Part shown: positions 1 through 7,777 of the stretch, piece by piece | How the letters are laid out: each line of letters begins with the position of its first letter | Position numbering within the stretch: the stretch's first letter is position 1 | From: Candidatus Iainarchaeum sp. | Lineage (GTDB): Archaea; Iainarchaeota; Iainarchaeia; Iainarchaeales; JAZDEL01 | Length of the DNA stretch: 32,000 bases | Assembly: GCA_043808785.1 (NCBI GenBank) | Contig: JAZDEL010000010.1 | Location: 90,001-122,000 of the forward strand | Direction: 5' to 3' | The notes under the pieces: generated by a model | Databases searched by the model: none | Seen by the model: the letters and a program-made list of their open reading frames with translations, nothing else | What the model was told of the DNA's origin: nothing | Made by a program: the position numbers and the translations under genes

Positions 1-1563
1 CAATACTATGAATTAGACGATAATATTGGAAATCTCGAATTTGACTTGGAACAAGTACTTGAGAGAGTGCATTCCAAGGGCTACAAAGTGGTTTTTGTAA
101 TTGATGAGTTAGACAAAATAGATAACCAAAATGTCACAATAGGTGCAATAAAAAGTTTCAAAAATTTATTCAATCTCTCATCCGCAATTTTTGTCCTGAT
201 TGCAGGGCGGGACACGTTTGATAGGATTCAAGCTGGTAAAGGGCCAAGGACCCCAGACTACACACTTTTTACGCACAAGATATTTTTAAAGCGGCCAACA
301 TTCTGGGATATTGAGAGTTTTGTGGATGAGATAATAGCAAAGCCAGACATGGCAAAGCTCAAACAAAACGACAAATATAAAGAATTCAGAAATTTTCTTT
401 CTTTTGAAGCAAAAACTGACTTTTTTGAGTTGTATGCCATACTCCGAGACTACATCAAATTTGATAGGAGCGGCTCTACCCTTGCAATACCTAGATTAAC
501 GACTAAGGAATTGACCAAAGCAAGGCTGCAAAAAGCAATGGGTCAAGTATTTGGTCGGAGCGGGTGGGGCGTGCCCTCCAAGTGGCATATGGATGAAGAA
601 ATACTAACAAGCCTATATCTCTTAATAGATGGGCTTGCTGAGAAGGATAAAGGTGACGAGTTTGAAGATGACTTTGGAAATCATCCTACGGATGGTGAAA
701 ATGCACCCATAAAGCGGGATTTGTGCAAATACTTAGAGCGGCTCGGTGCCATCGAAAAAATCAGTGTTCGGGAAGAGGTAGTTGGCAATAAACCTAAAAA
801 AATTACGAAGTATCGATGGATGGGCTTCTGCAGTAAGGTTCCTTCTGAGATACGGGAAATAATGATGGAGCATGAGATGACATTTATCGATAGGGCTAGT
901 TCGCTCAAAAAAATGGTTGTGGAGATAGGTAACCTTTACAAAGTAGCTAACTCTGAAAGAACTTATTCAATGAACGGCTTTCAAAGCAACTCTCGAGAGA
1001 TACTGACGCTTGTTCAAAAACTGACGAATAGAAACTTGGTGCCAATCTTTGATCAGATAACGCCTATAGAGCAAGACCTTAATACTAAATTTCCAAAATT
1101 GCATAAACGTGAGGAAGTAGAGCAACACATAAAGAATCTTGAGGGGGAGATTAATGCCCTTAAAGAGTACTCCCGAATCGCTCTAGAAAATATTATTAAA
1201 GAAAAAGTCGCAGATATGGAATCTTCCCAACTCCAGACAAATGTGGGATTGTTTAGTGCCATTCAAGGATTAAGAAATAACGTAGTACATGGGGGCATAT
1301 TGCACTCAGTAATTTTCAAAAAAGATCTTTCTAAACAATTATTAATGTCTGTAAATATGTCCTCTGATCTAATAAACCAGAATAAACAATTAATACGCCA
1401 AAATTCAAAAACATTAAAAATCGTAAATATTCAAACGGACCCCTCTTTTGACTATAAAGATATGAAACATTTGGGAGGTGGTTTTTCAAGCGTAAAAGTG
1501 ACAGATAATTTTGAAGAACTTGGGCGGGTAATCAAGAAACTAATGCACTGGTTTTTATCATAA
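1..1563 (+). CDS. P-loop NTPase (AAA+/STAND-like), truncated at the 5' end by the window edge, with a long helical C-terminal region
   Basis: Frame 1 is open from base 1 (QYYELDDNIGNLEFD precedes the TTG at 46), so the start is upstream. Walker-B-like KVVFVIDELDK is followed by AIFVLIAGRD (sensor-1-like). Walker A would lie off-window. Family not recognised more precisely. Confidence 0.55.
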   Translation, partial: QYYELDDNIGNLEFDLEQVLERVHSKGYKVVFVIDELDKIDNQNVTIGAIKSFKNLFNLSSAIFVLIAGRDTFDRIQAGKGPRTPDYTLFTHKIFLKRPTFWDIESFVDEIIAKPDMAKLKQNDKYKEFRNFLSFEAKTDFFELYAILRDYIKFDRSGSTLAIPRLTTKELTKARLQKAMGQVFGRSGWGVPSKWHMDEEILTSLYLLIDGLAEKDKGDEFEDDFGNHPTDGENAPIKRDLCKYLERLGAIEKISVREEVVGNKPKKITKYRWMGFCSKVPSEIREIMMEHEMTFIDRASSLKKMVVEIGNLYKVANSERTYSMNGFQSNSREILTLVQKLTNRNLVPIFDQITPIEQDLNTKFPKLHKREEVEQHIKNLEGEINALKEYSRIALENIIKEKVADMESSQLQTNVGLFSAIQGLRNNVVHGGILHSVIFKKDLSKQLLMSVNMSSDLINQNKQLIRQNSKTLKIVNIQTDPSFDYKDMKHLGGGFSSVKVTDNFEELGRVIKKLMHWFLS

Positions 1564-1575
1564 TTGCTTTAAAAA

Positions 1576-2292
1576 TTGCGCAGGATCGTAGGATTGATTT
1601 ATGAATCAGATAAAACACTTTCAGGAGTGTCGGCTGCCGTGAACCGCAACAATATCGCAGATTGGATAATCGTAATTTTCACATTTTTGGCACTCATAAC
1701 TTTAGTTTATCTCGGAGAAGCAGGAGAACTTGACGTTTTCGCAGCGCTGGTCATGCTGGCGAGTGTGATTTTCAGCATTTTGCTCTCCGCAATCGCCGCA
1801 GGCGGTGCCCTCTGGCTGATTTACCTTATTTTTAAAGAATTGGAAAACGTATCTATAGAAAAACCGCCACAAATCTGGAAGGCTTTTTTCAGATTAATTA
1901 GGCCTAATGCTAATGTTGAGGGCCAATTGCCCCTAACGGATTTGCTTATTGCCCTTATTTTTTTGTATGTGCTCGCAATGGCGCTTACCGAAATTTTCTT
2001 CTTGGCTCAATTTAAGGAAGGTGGCATGATTGCATATTTTGCCCCGGTGTTTGTCGCGGGATACATCCTGCTGTACAGGTTTTTCGTAAAACGCGGAAAT
2101 AAGGAACTGAGCGACACAATGCTTGGTGTTTTGCTTGTGGCAATCGTCCTGGCTTTGGCGCAGGGTATGGCTTCAAACGGCTTTCAAAATATAACAATGC
2201 CTCGGCTTGAACGGCAGTTTGTCGCGATTGCGGCGGCAGGGATTGACTTTTTGGCACTGGAAGTTGGGAAGAAGTGGTGGTTCAAAAAATAG
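1576..2292 (+). CDS. Multi-pass membrane protein, unknown function
   Basis: Starts 12 nt after the NTPase stop (TTG at 1576; in-frame GTG alternatives a few codons downstream). Several hydrophobic helices, e.g. WIIVIFTFLALITLVYL, ALVMLASVIFSILLSAIAAGGALWLIYLIF, LLIALIFLYVLAMALTEIFFLA, APVFVAGYILLYRFF, LGVLLVAIVLALAQG. Confidence 0.5.
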   Translation: MRRIVGLIYESDKTLSGVSAAVNRNNIADWIIVIFTFLALITLVYLGEAGELDVFAALVMLASVIFSILLSAIAAGGALWLIYLIFKELENVSIEKPPQIWKAFFRLIRPNANVEGQLPLTDLLIALIFLYVLAMALTEIFFLAQFKEGGMIAYFAPVFVAGYILLYRFFVKRGNKELSDTMLGVLLVAIVLALAQGMASNGFQNITMPRLERQFVAIAAAGIDFLALEVGKKWWFKK

Positions 2293-2295
2293 GGC

Positions 2296-2315
2296 TTATT
2301 TCTCTGAGAAAATAA
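2296..2315. terminator. Imperfect AT-rich hairpin between convergent genes (possible bidirectional terminator)
   Basis: ttatttctc-t-gagaaaataa lies between the stop at 2290-2292 (+) and the stop at 2318-2320 (-). T-tracts flank it on both strands. Confidence 0.3.
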
Positions 2316-2317
2316 AA

Positions 2318-3823
2318 CTATTTTTTGCTTTTCTTGCGTTGTTTCTTCCTGGATTTTTTTACAATATCCGTTTTCAAACGATTCATGTTATTGGCCAATA
2401 GATCTATTCTTTCAACTAGTGCTGATGAATCTTTTTTTGTTTTTCCATAAAAATGCCAAGATGCAATAATGCCCGTAGCGCCAATAACTATGGTGGCTAA
2501 AAGTGCCCACCTGAATGTTTCTTTGTCGCTTTCCCAAGTTTTTTCCCAATTCTCCCAATTTTTCTCCCACGACAGCCTGCCTTGCCTATATATGAATTCA
2601 TCTAATTTTTCTTTGTATTTGGCTTTTGAATCATCGACACTTTTGACTACGGCTTCAGCCATATAGAGGTCCGCTTTCATTAGTGTTTGAACATTGCTAT
2701 CGTTGCCATATGCTTTGGGGAAACTTGGGTAGATTGAACTGAAAATAAATTCCTGCGAGTTTGCCGGAGTGTGGTAAAGTTTAACCAATCTGTTGAACTC
2801 ATCTTGCAGAATATTCATATTTTGTATTTGTTCTTCACAAAAAGATTTTACAGTTCCAAAAAATGGAAATGCTTCCTTATCTAAATAGTCAATCGCAGTA
2901 TCATAATACTCCAAACTGTTTGCATCTAGCCAGAAAGTCCTGTTTGAGAGGTTTACACCCACAACACCGCGTTCCTCTTTCCTGCCGCATTCAAGCGCAT
3001 ACTCCTGATTTTTCCAATAATAAAGTGTTGGCACATTAGCTAATAGTGCAGTTTTACTCAAATCAAGTAAGAACCCATCAATTTCCCCAAACTTCAGCAA
3101 CCTATCCTGCCCGCTCTTTATCAGAACGAACTCATTGTACTCGGGGCCGCTTTTATAAATAACTGCGAATTCTTTTTTGCCGTTTGCCAGTCGGCAAAAG
3201 CCTCGCATGTATGGTCTCTCCCCAAAATTCTGCACTAACAACTTTTGCGGTAACTCTTCCCATTCGGAAGATGCGCAACCAGTTTCGAACAAATCAGACC
3301 AATTGATTAAATTCACTACTCTTGCTGAACCCGACTGCGCTCTGACTACTAAATTTCCCATATTCCGTATGTTTAAAAATTCATCCGAAATATTTCTCCA
3401 CTTGTTGTCATTCTGCCTAAAATAATTTTCCCAAAGAAACTCGGCCACATCCGATGCTTCATTTGCTTTAACGCAATCAATATTTTCTGCCAGGTAAGAA
3501 TTGATTGAATATGTGCCATTATAAAAATTGATGAAATTATCTTGGGAATAATATAAGTCGCCGTTATTCTCTAAAACTGGCAACCCCTGTTTTCCCAGTT
3601 CGCGTTTTATTTGCACAATATTTTCATCAAATGCCAATGGGAGAAAATTGCCTCTCAAGTCAATTTCACTGAAACTGGATGCGTTTGAGGCAAGCGGGTT
3701 CCCAGAATAGTCCCCTAGCCAAGTGTCAACATATAAATATTCAACAGAACAAGCTGCAGCACAAATGCTTTGCATTATTATCCCCTCGACAACCAATATT
3801 AAAAGTGTGCGGGGTATTTTCAT
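2318..3823 (-). CDS. Secreted protein with a C-terminal membrane anchor, unknown family
   Basis: N-terminal signal-like RTLLILVVEGIIMQSICAAAC. C-terminal TM WALLATIVIGATGIIASWHF followed by a Lys/Arg-rich tail. Trp-rich WEKNWENWEKTWES sits just before the TM. AT-rich codon usage. Confidence 0.55.
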   Translation of the reverse strand: MKIPRTLLILVVEGIIMQSICAAACSVEYLYVDTWLGDYSGNPLASNASSFSEIDLRGNFLPLAFDENIVQIKRELGKQGLPVLENNGDLYYSQDNFINFYNGTYSINSYLAENIDCVKANEASDVAEFLWENYFRQNDNKWRNISDEFLNIRNMGNLVVRAQSGSARVVNLINWSDLFETGCASSEWEELPQKLLVQNFGERPYMRGFCRLANGKKEFAVIYKSGPEYNEFVLIKSGQDRLLKFGEIDGFLLDLSKTALLANVPTLYYWKNQEYALECGRKEERGVVGVNLSNRTFWLDANSLEYYDTAIDYLDKEAFPFFGTVKSFCEEQIQNMNILQDEFNRLVKLYHTPANSQEFIFSSIYPSFPKAYGNDSNVQTLMKADLYMAEAVVKSVDDSKAKYKEKLDEFIYRQGRLSWEKNWENWEKTWESDKETFRWALLATIVIGATGIIASWHFYGKTKKDSSALVERIDLLANNMNRLKTDIVKKSRKKQRKKSKK

Positions 3824-3891
3824 TAAAGATCACTCTTCAAATTTTTTATCGCAACAGACATAGTTGCACAAAAACTAACTTCGGAAATGTC

Positions 3892-4977
3892 CTAAACGGA
3901 TTCTGGGGGCGAGTTTGGTAAAGAGGATTTCTCAACTGGGTGGCTGTCTTTTTTTCGCCTCACTGTAGCAGCAGGAAACGCATTTTTTATCGAATTTTGC
4001 ATACTCCTAACCATGAGTCCTTGATTAATCTCTTGTGAAAAATTTGGAATTTGTGTCATTGCCTTGGTGGCTCGACTAATCTCTTCGGATAAGTTTGGCA
4101 CTTCTGCCACCATCTTAACCGCTCTGCGTACTTCCTCTGAAAGATTCGATAGTTGTGTTGAAACATTAAGTGCGTGAAGAATGGCGGGGGACACAAATAG
4201 TAATTCTTTTTCAAATTCCAACTCTTGGGCTATAATCTTATCTGAAGATTCTATTTCGGGAATGTTATGCTTTGTGAAACTGCCTAAATGCATATACGGG
4301 ATGATTTTCGATTTTTTATTATTAGTCCATTCGTCTATTAAGAAGGGCGCTATATTATTTTCGTCTACTTTTGATCTAAAATCCCGATCCAATCCAACAA
4401 AATGGAGAGGCTCGCCTTCTGGAAAATTATGGAGCAACGTTTCCCAAATGACCGCGTCACCATATGAATCCTTCTTTCCGGGGGGGTTGCCTAAGCTAGA
4501 CCGCTCACTTGCCTTGTTAACTACCTCAGGGGTATGCGAAACAAGTTTTGATGAAGAAAAAAGATCTTCAATTAATTTATCTGCCAAAAATGACCTTTTT
4601 GTAATCTTAGACTTGAAGATTTCTTGAAGTTTATCGGCAAACGAATTCGCCTCCCATATTTTTTGTTTAGATATTTTAAGGCAGCCCTCAATCTCAGCCA
4701 GCTCCTTACTTGATTCAGGTAAGTCTGGCATTTTGCAAGTTTTAAGGCTTGAAAGAATACTCTCGTTTTTTGAGATTAATTTATCAATCTTTGAATATTC
4801 ATCGTAAAGTCGTTTCTCTCGATTCCTTAAAAACTCATTCCTAACTTGTTCGGGAAGCCACAAAGTTATCTTGTTATTTTTTATGGATTTGACAAGTTTT
4901 TTTAAATCTTCAAGTTCCTCTTCTTGCAATGCATATAGTGCTAAATAGGTATTAGTATCTATAAAAAGATGATTCAT
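3892..4977 (-). CDS. PIN-like nuclease-domain protein (resembles the DUF4935-type PIN-like fold) with a long C-terminal extension
   Basis: N-terminus MNHLFIDTNTYLALY...ITLWLPEQVRNEF fits the PIN-like acidic-residue pattern (hhDTN ... E). The start ATG overlaps the stop of the upstream RHH gene (ATGA). The C-terminus carries three 17-aa tandem repeats. Confidence 0.5.
   Translation of the reverse strand: MNHLFIDTNTYLALYALQEEELEDLKKLVKSIKNNKITLWLPEQVRNEFLRNREKRLYDEYSKIDKLISKNESILSSLKTCKMPDLPESSKELAEIEGCLKISKQKIWEANSFADKLQEIFKSKITKRSFLADKLIEDLFSSSKLVSHTPEVVNKASERSSLGNPPGKKDSYGDAVIWETLLHNFPEGEPLHFVGLDRDFRSKVDENNIAPFLIDEWTNNKKSKIIPYMHLGSFTKHNIPEIESSDKIIAQELEFEKELLFVSPAILHALNVSTQLSNLSEEVRRAVKMVAEVPNLSEEISRATKAMTQIPNFSQEINQGLMVRSMQNSIKNAFPAATVRRKKDSHPVEKSSLPNSPPESV
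3997..4149 (-). repeat. Three in-frame 51-nt tandem repeats (17-aa units) in the PIN-like protein C-terminus
   Basis: Units 4099-4149, 4048-4098 and 3997-4047 encode LSNLSEEVRRAVKMVAEV / PNLSEEISRATKAMTQI / PNFSQEINQGLMVRSMQ. Confidence 0.6.
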
Positions 4978-5102
4978 TTCAACCCCCTCTTCACCAGCCT
5001 CACAACCGCCTCATTATTATTCCTCAGCCCCTGGTCTATCCTGTACTTCTGGACCTCTTTCCAGGTTTCCTCGTCGATGTCCAGAATCAGTTTCTTTGCC
5101 AT
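4974..5102 (-). CDS. Ribbon-helix-helix (CopG/Arc-like) small DNA-binding protein, antitoxin-like
   Basis: 42-aa ORF below the track cutoff: MAKKLILDIDEETWKEVQKYRIDQGLRNNNEAVVRLVKRGLK. It has a beta-strand then two helices, typical of RHH. Its TGA overlaps the ATG of the PIN-like gene. Confidence 0.5.
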   Translation of the reverse strand: MAKKLILDIDEETWKEVQKYRIDQGLRNNNEAVVRLVKRGLK

Positions 5103-5187
5103 TAACCCACGTTAATAGATGTTAACGGAAACTGTTAAAAGCATGTAGGTATTAATAGTTATTAATGACTGTTAATTTGGTGATAAA

Positions 5188-5352
5188 TTGAATCCCGAAG
5201 TTGCGCGCTTCCTGCTTGGCGCAATCTGCTGGCTGCCTGTGGGCTTCTGCATAGCGCTCGCACGATGGGGGCGTATCGAGGAGGCTTATGGGCTGGCGAA
5301 GTATTCCATGGCGTTCCTCGCGGGGGCGAGTTTGGCCGGCTGGCTCGGGTAA
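5188..5352 (+). CDS. Hydrophobic 54-aa mini-protein, paralogue 1 of 4
   Basis: TTG start with ggtga 5 nt upstream and an in-frame TAA at 5173. Product: LNPEVARFLLGAICWLPVGFCIALARWGRIEEAYGLAKYSMAFLAGASLAGWLG. Below the 60-aa track cutoff; found through nucleotide repeats. Confidence 0.5.
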   Translation: MNPEVARFLLGAICWLPVGFCIALARWGRIEEAYGLAKYSMAFLAGASLAGWLG

Positions 5353-5498
5353 GCAATTAATCAAATGAAAAACGATTTAACGGCAAATGCCTCCTTGTTT
5401 CTTGATTATGGCACTTATTTAACCTCGGATTGCAACAACAATAATTAAATATTATGAAGGGGGCTTATATAATCGGATAAACAAATCATGGTGGGGAA

Positions 5499-5720
5499 AT
5501 GAATTCTAAAATGGAGATACGCATCTGGGAAGGCTCGCCGCTTGTGGGGATGAGCGTGGAAAAACTGGACAAAAAATTCGGCGTCAATGTCCTGAAAGTC
5601 GCAAGGGGTGTTGAAGCCGCAAACCCGAAGGGCAATCTGAAAATAGAGGCCGCGGATTACATTACTTATGTCGGCGACCCTGCCAACTGCCTGAAAGTGC
5701 TGGAGAAATCCGTAAAATAG
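5499..5720 (+). CDS. Stand-alone TrkA-C (RCK C-terminal) domain protein
   Basis: The 73-aa product shows a TrkA-C-like pattern: EIRIWEGSPLVGMSVEKLDKKFGVNVLKVARG...NLKIEAADYITYVGD. SD-like ggtgggg lies upstream of the ATG. Confidence 0.55.
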   Translation: MNSKMEIRIWEGSPLVGMSVEKLDKKFGVNVLKVARGVEAANPKGNLKIEAADYITYVGDPANCLKVLEKSVK

Positions 5721-5753
5721 CGAATATACTGGCGGCTGCGTTATAGTGATACT

Positions 5754-6620
5754 TTGAAACTAGGGCTTATTGTCAATTGTGTAGGGTACGACCGGAATTG
5801 CGTGCCAATAAATGTCCATCTGCTTAAACATATCTCCCCCAGGTTGGGGCAGTTAGGGATAGAATATAGCCTTGTGATGCCTTCGAGCGATTGGATTGGC
5901 ACGAAGCTGACCAAACACACCGATTTTCTCCCTTCGCAAGACCCTGAGGAAGTCGCAAGAATCCTGCGTTCTGCAAATAACAAGGGCGTTGTTGTGAGGG
6001 GTTGCATTGCGGAGTTCGCAAAAGACGGGCTGGATTGCGTACTGCATATAGACGGGAGCGGCAAGTTCGATTTGGGCGACATAGTAAGGGTTATTGAGAT
6101 AATACTTGACGCTTCGGTAGATGCGATTTTAACAAAGAGGGACAAAAGCGGGATGAACAAATTCAGGACCCTGCTGGAAAAACTGGAAATGGAACTTGTT
6201 TCGAGAAAGTTTAATAATGCTCTTATTGAAGACGGGCAATGCGGCTGTTGGTGCATAAGATTGGGCAATAAAGATTGCGACTTACAAAAGGAGTTAACTG
6301 CTACCGGATACGAGATAGAGCTGGACATACTCATAAGCCAGCTCAAATATGGGCGAAATATAGTGTGGCTGCCTATAAAAATAACCGACACGAAAAAATC
6401 AAAATATACGTTCGGCGCCAACATTTTAAAGATGGAGTGGCTATCGGGAAAACTTGGGCTAAGGAAAAGCGAGGCATTATCGTTCATGCGGGAGTTTCAG
6501 TCAAAGAACGGCGGAGAGATACGCGATGCAGAAGATGAATCGGAAAAGCTTGGCGATGCCGAAAATAAATTTGACAACTATGTGCAAAAAATAGAAGAGA
6601 GCACTAAGTTTATCGGGTAA
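5754..6620 (+). CDS. Glycosyltransferase family 2-like protein (tentative)
   Basis: LHIDGSGKFDLGDIVRVIEIILDASVDAILTKR resembles the GT2 DxD-region/(D)GSG block. IEDGQCGCWCIR and GYEIELDILISQLKYGRNIVWLPIK resemble the GT2 C-terminal half. TTG start. The antisense ORF 5741..6487 is Ser/Leu low-complexity and was rejected. Confidence 0.4.
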   Translation: MKLGLIVNCVGYDRNCVPINVHLLKHISPRLGQLGIEYSLVMPSSDWIGTKLTKHTDFLPSQDPEEVARILRSANNKGVVVRGCIAEFAKDGLDCVLHIDGSGKFDLGDIVRVIEIILDASVDAILTKRDKSGMNKFRTLLEKLEMELVSRKFNNALIEDGQCGCWCIRLGNKDCDLQKELTATGYEIELDILISQLKYGRNIVWLPIKITDTKKSKYTFGANILKMEWLSGKLGLRKSEALSFMREFQSKNGGEIRDAEDESEKLGDAENKFDNYVQKIEESTKFIG

Positions 6621-6658
6621 AACTAAGGATGCAAAAGTTTGCAAAGAATAGAGGGGCG

Positions 6659-6823
6659 ATGGACCCCTCCGTCTCCCGCTTCATCTTTGGGGCAATCTGC
6701 TGGCTGCCTGTGGGCTTCTCTGTTGCGCTGGCGCGCTGGGGGCGTGTGGAGGAGGCTTATGAACTGGCGAAGTATTCCATGGCGTTCCTCGCGGGGGCGA
6801 GTATTGCGGGGTGGCTGGAGTAA
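6659..6823 (+). CDS. Hydrophobic 54-aa mini-protein, paralogue 2 of 4
   Basis: ATG at 6659 preceded by gagggg. Product: MDPSVSRFIFGAICWLPVGFSVALARWGRVEEAYELAKYSMAFLAGASIAGWLE. The track ORF starts at 6629, but homology to the other copies begins at this ATG. Confidence 0.6.
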   Translation: MDPSVSRFIFGAICWLPVGFSVALARWGRVEEAYELAKYSMAFLAGASIAGWLE

Positions 6824-6940
6824 AATTTCCGAAAACGAAACTGTTAAATATGTGAAAGCCGTTAATCTAAAACCAGCCAAGGGTGTATACGTATATATAC
6901 CCGTAGGCAGGGGAATTATTTTAGTAAAAGGGTGGATGAA

Positions 6941-7105
6941 ATGGCAAAAGTTATAAGGGCAACCCCGACGCTTGTCGGGGCGGAAGCCATAAGTTTCCTT
7001 GCGCGCATGAAGAGGAACGATTCAGCCAGGCCCAACAAGGCGGACAGGCGCCTGCTGGAAGCTGTCAGGGAGCACCAAAAGTTCTTTTCCTCTCCGATTC
7101 AATAG
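6941..7105 (+). CDS. Small hypothetical protein (54 aa), family not recognised
   Basis: ATG ORF below the track cutoff: MAKVIRATPTLVGAEAISFLARMKRNDSARPNKADRRLLEAVREHQKFFSSPIQ. Its 3' end overlaps the 3' end of the convergent GNAT gene by 41 nt. Confidence 0.3.
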   Translation: MAKVIRATPTLVGAEAISFLARMKRNDSARPNKADRRLLEAVREHQKFFSSPIQ

Positions 7106-7712
7106 ATTCGTTCAGAATCGGCTTCAGGTCCTTGTACATCGGGATGTATGCGGCATCGGGCTTGCCCCTTTCCTTTATGGTCAAAAACCCGTTTTTGTTG
7201 TAGAAGTGTATGGGCCTTTTCGGTTCCGGAAGGTTCCTGTCGTTTTTCGCCTCGAGGGTGAGGAACCTGCAGCCCGCATATTTGTTGAGTTCGAGCACCG
7301 TGCTTATCGCAAATGCGACCATTCTCGTGCCTATCTTGCGGCCCGCATATTTTGATGAAACCCCCATCCTGCAGATTTTCAGCGCGGGAAGCGCCTTATA
7401 GTCGAGGCCGATTGTTTTCATTTCCTCCTTTTTCCTGCCGGAAAGGTGTATGGAATCATTGCACAGGGAAATGAAGCCCAGCAGTTCCCTCGCGCTTTTG
7501 GAAACCCATAAGTATGTTAAGTTTACGGATTCCTTCTGCTGCCTCAGCGCATCGTCCCTCAGGAAATTGTTAAGGTCCTTTGTGCCGCAGTCGAAATCCT
7601 TTGCAAAGTCCAGGGTTACCTCGGAAAGTTTCATAATCTCAATGTCCGAAACGGGAAACTCCTGTTTTTTGTCTTCGGGCATATGGCGGATTACCTCTTG
7701 CCTGTTTAACAA
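7065..7712 (-). CDS. GNAT-family N-acetyltransferase, similar in layout to TacT/KacT-type toxins
   Basis: FDCGTKDLNNFLRDDALRQQKE N-terminal block. The acetyl-CoA motif region is ALKICRMGVSSKYAGRKIGTRMV (Q/RxxGxG/A-like), followed by FLTLEAKND...FYNKNGF. Confidence 0.7.
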   Translation of the reverse strand: MLNRQEVIRHMPEDKKQEFPVSDIEIMKLSEVTLDFAKDFDCGTKDLNNFLRDDALRQQKESVNLTYLWVSKSARELLGFISLCNDSIHLSGRKKEEMKTIGLDYKALPALKICRMGVSSKYAGRKIGTRMVAFAISTVLELNKYAGCRFLTLEAKNDRNLPEPKRPIHFYNKNGFLTIKERGKPDAAYIPMYKDLKPILNESIESERKRTFGAP

Positions 7713-7777
7713 ATATGAATATTCGGCATAGCTTTTAGAAACCTATTGGTCGGAGGCAATCCGGAAAGCATGCCCAT

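Larger units (their letters stand above)
1..4977. other. AT-rich, compositionally foreign block (genomic-island-like); left end lies off-window
   Basis: Hand G+C counts on 60-nt lines: 1-60 = 18/60 and 4921-4980 = 16/60, versus 4981-5040 = 32/60 and 20001-20060 = 44/60. No core-metabolism genes in the block. Confidence 0.45.

Noticed and set aside
5741-6487. 248-aa minus-strand ORF opposite the GT2-like gene
   Set aside because: It is Ser/Leu/Phe-rich low complexity without motifs. The plus-strand frame shows GT2-like blocks and extends further.
5128-6848. Exact 12-mer GAAACTGTTAAA shared between 5128-5139 (upstream of copy 1) and 6837-6848 (downstream of copy 2), as a possible cassette-boundary signal
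   Set aside because: Tens of 12-mer coincidences are expected by chance in a 32-kb window counting both strands. Both sites are AT-rich, and the motif is absent near copies 3 and 4.
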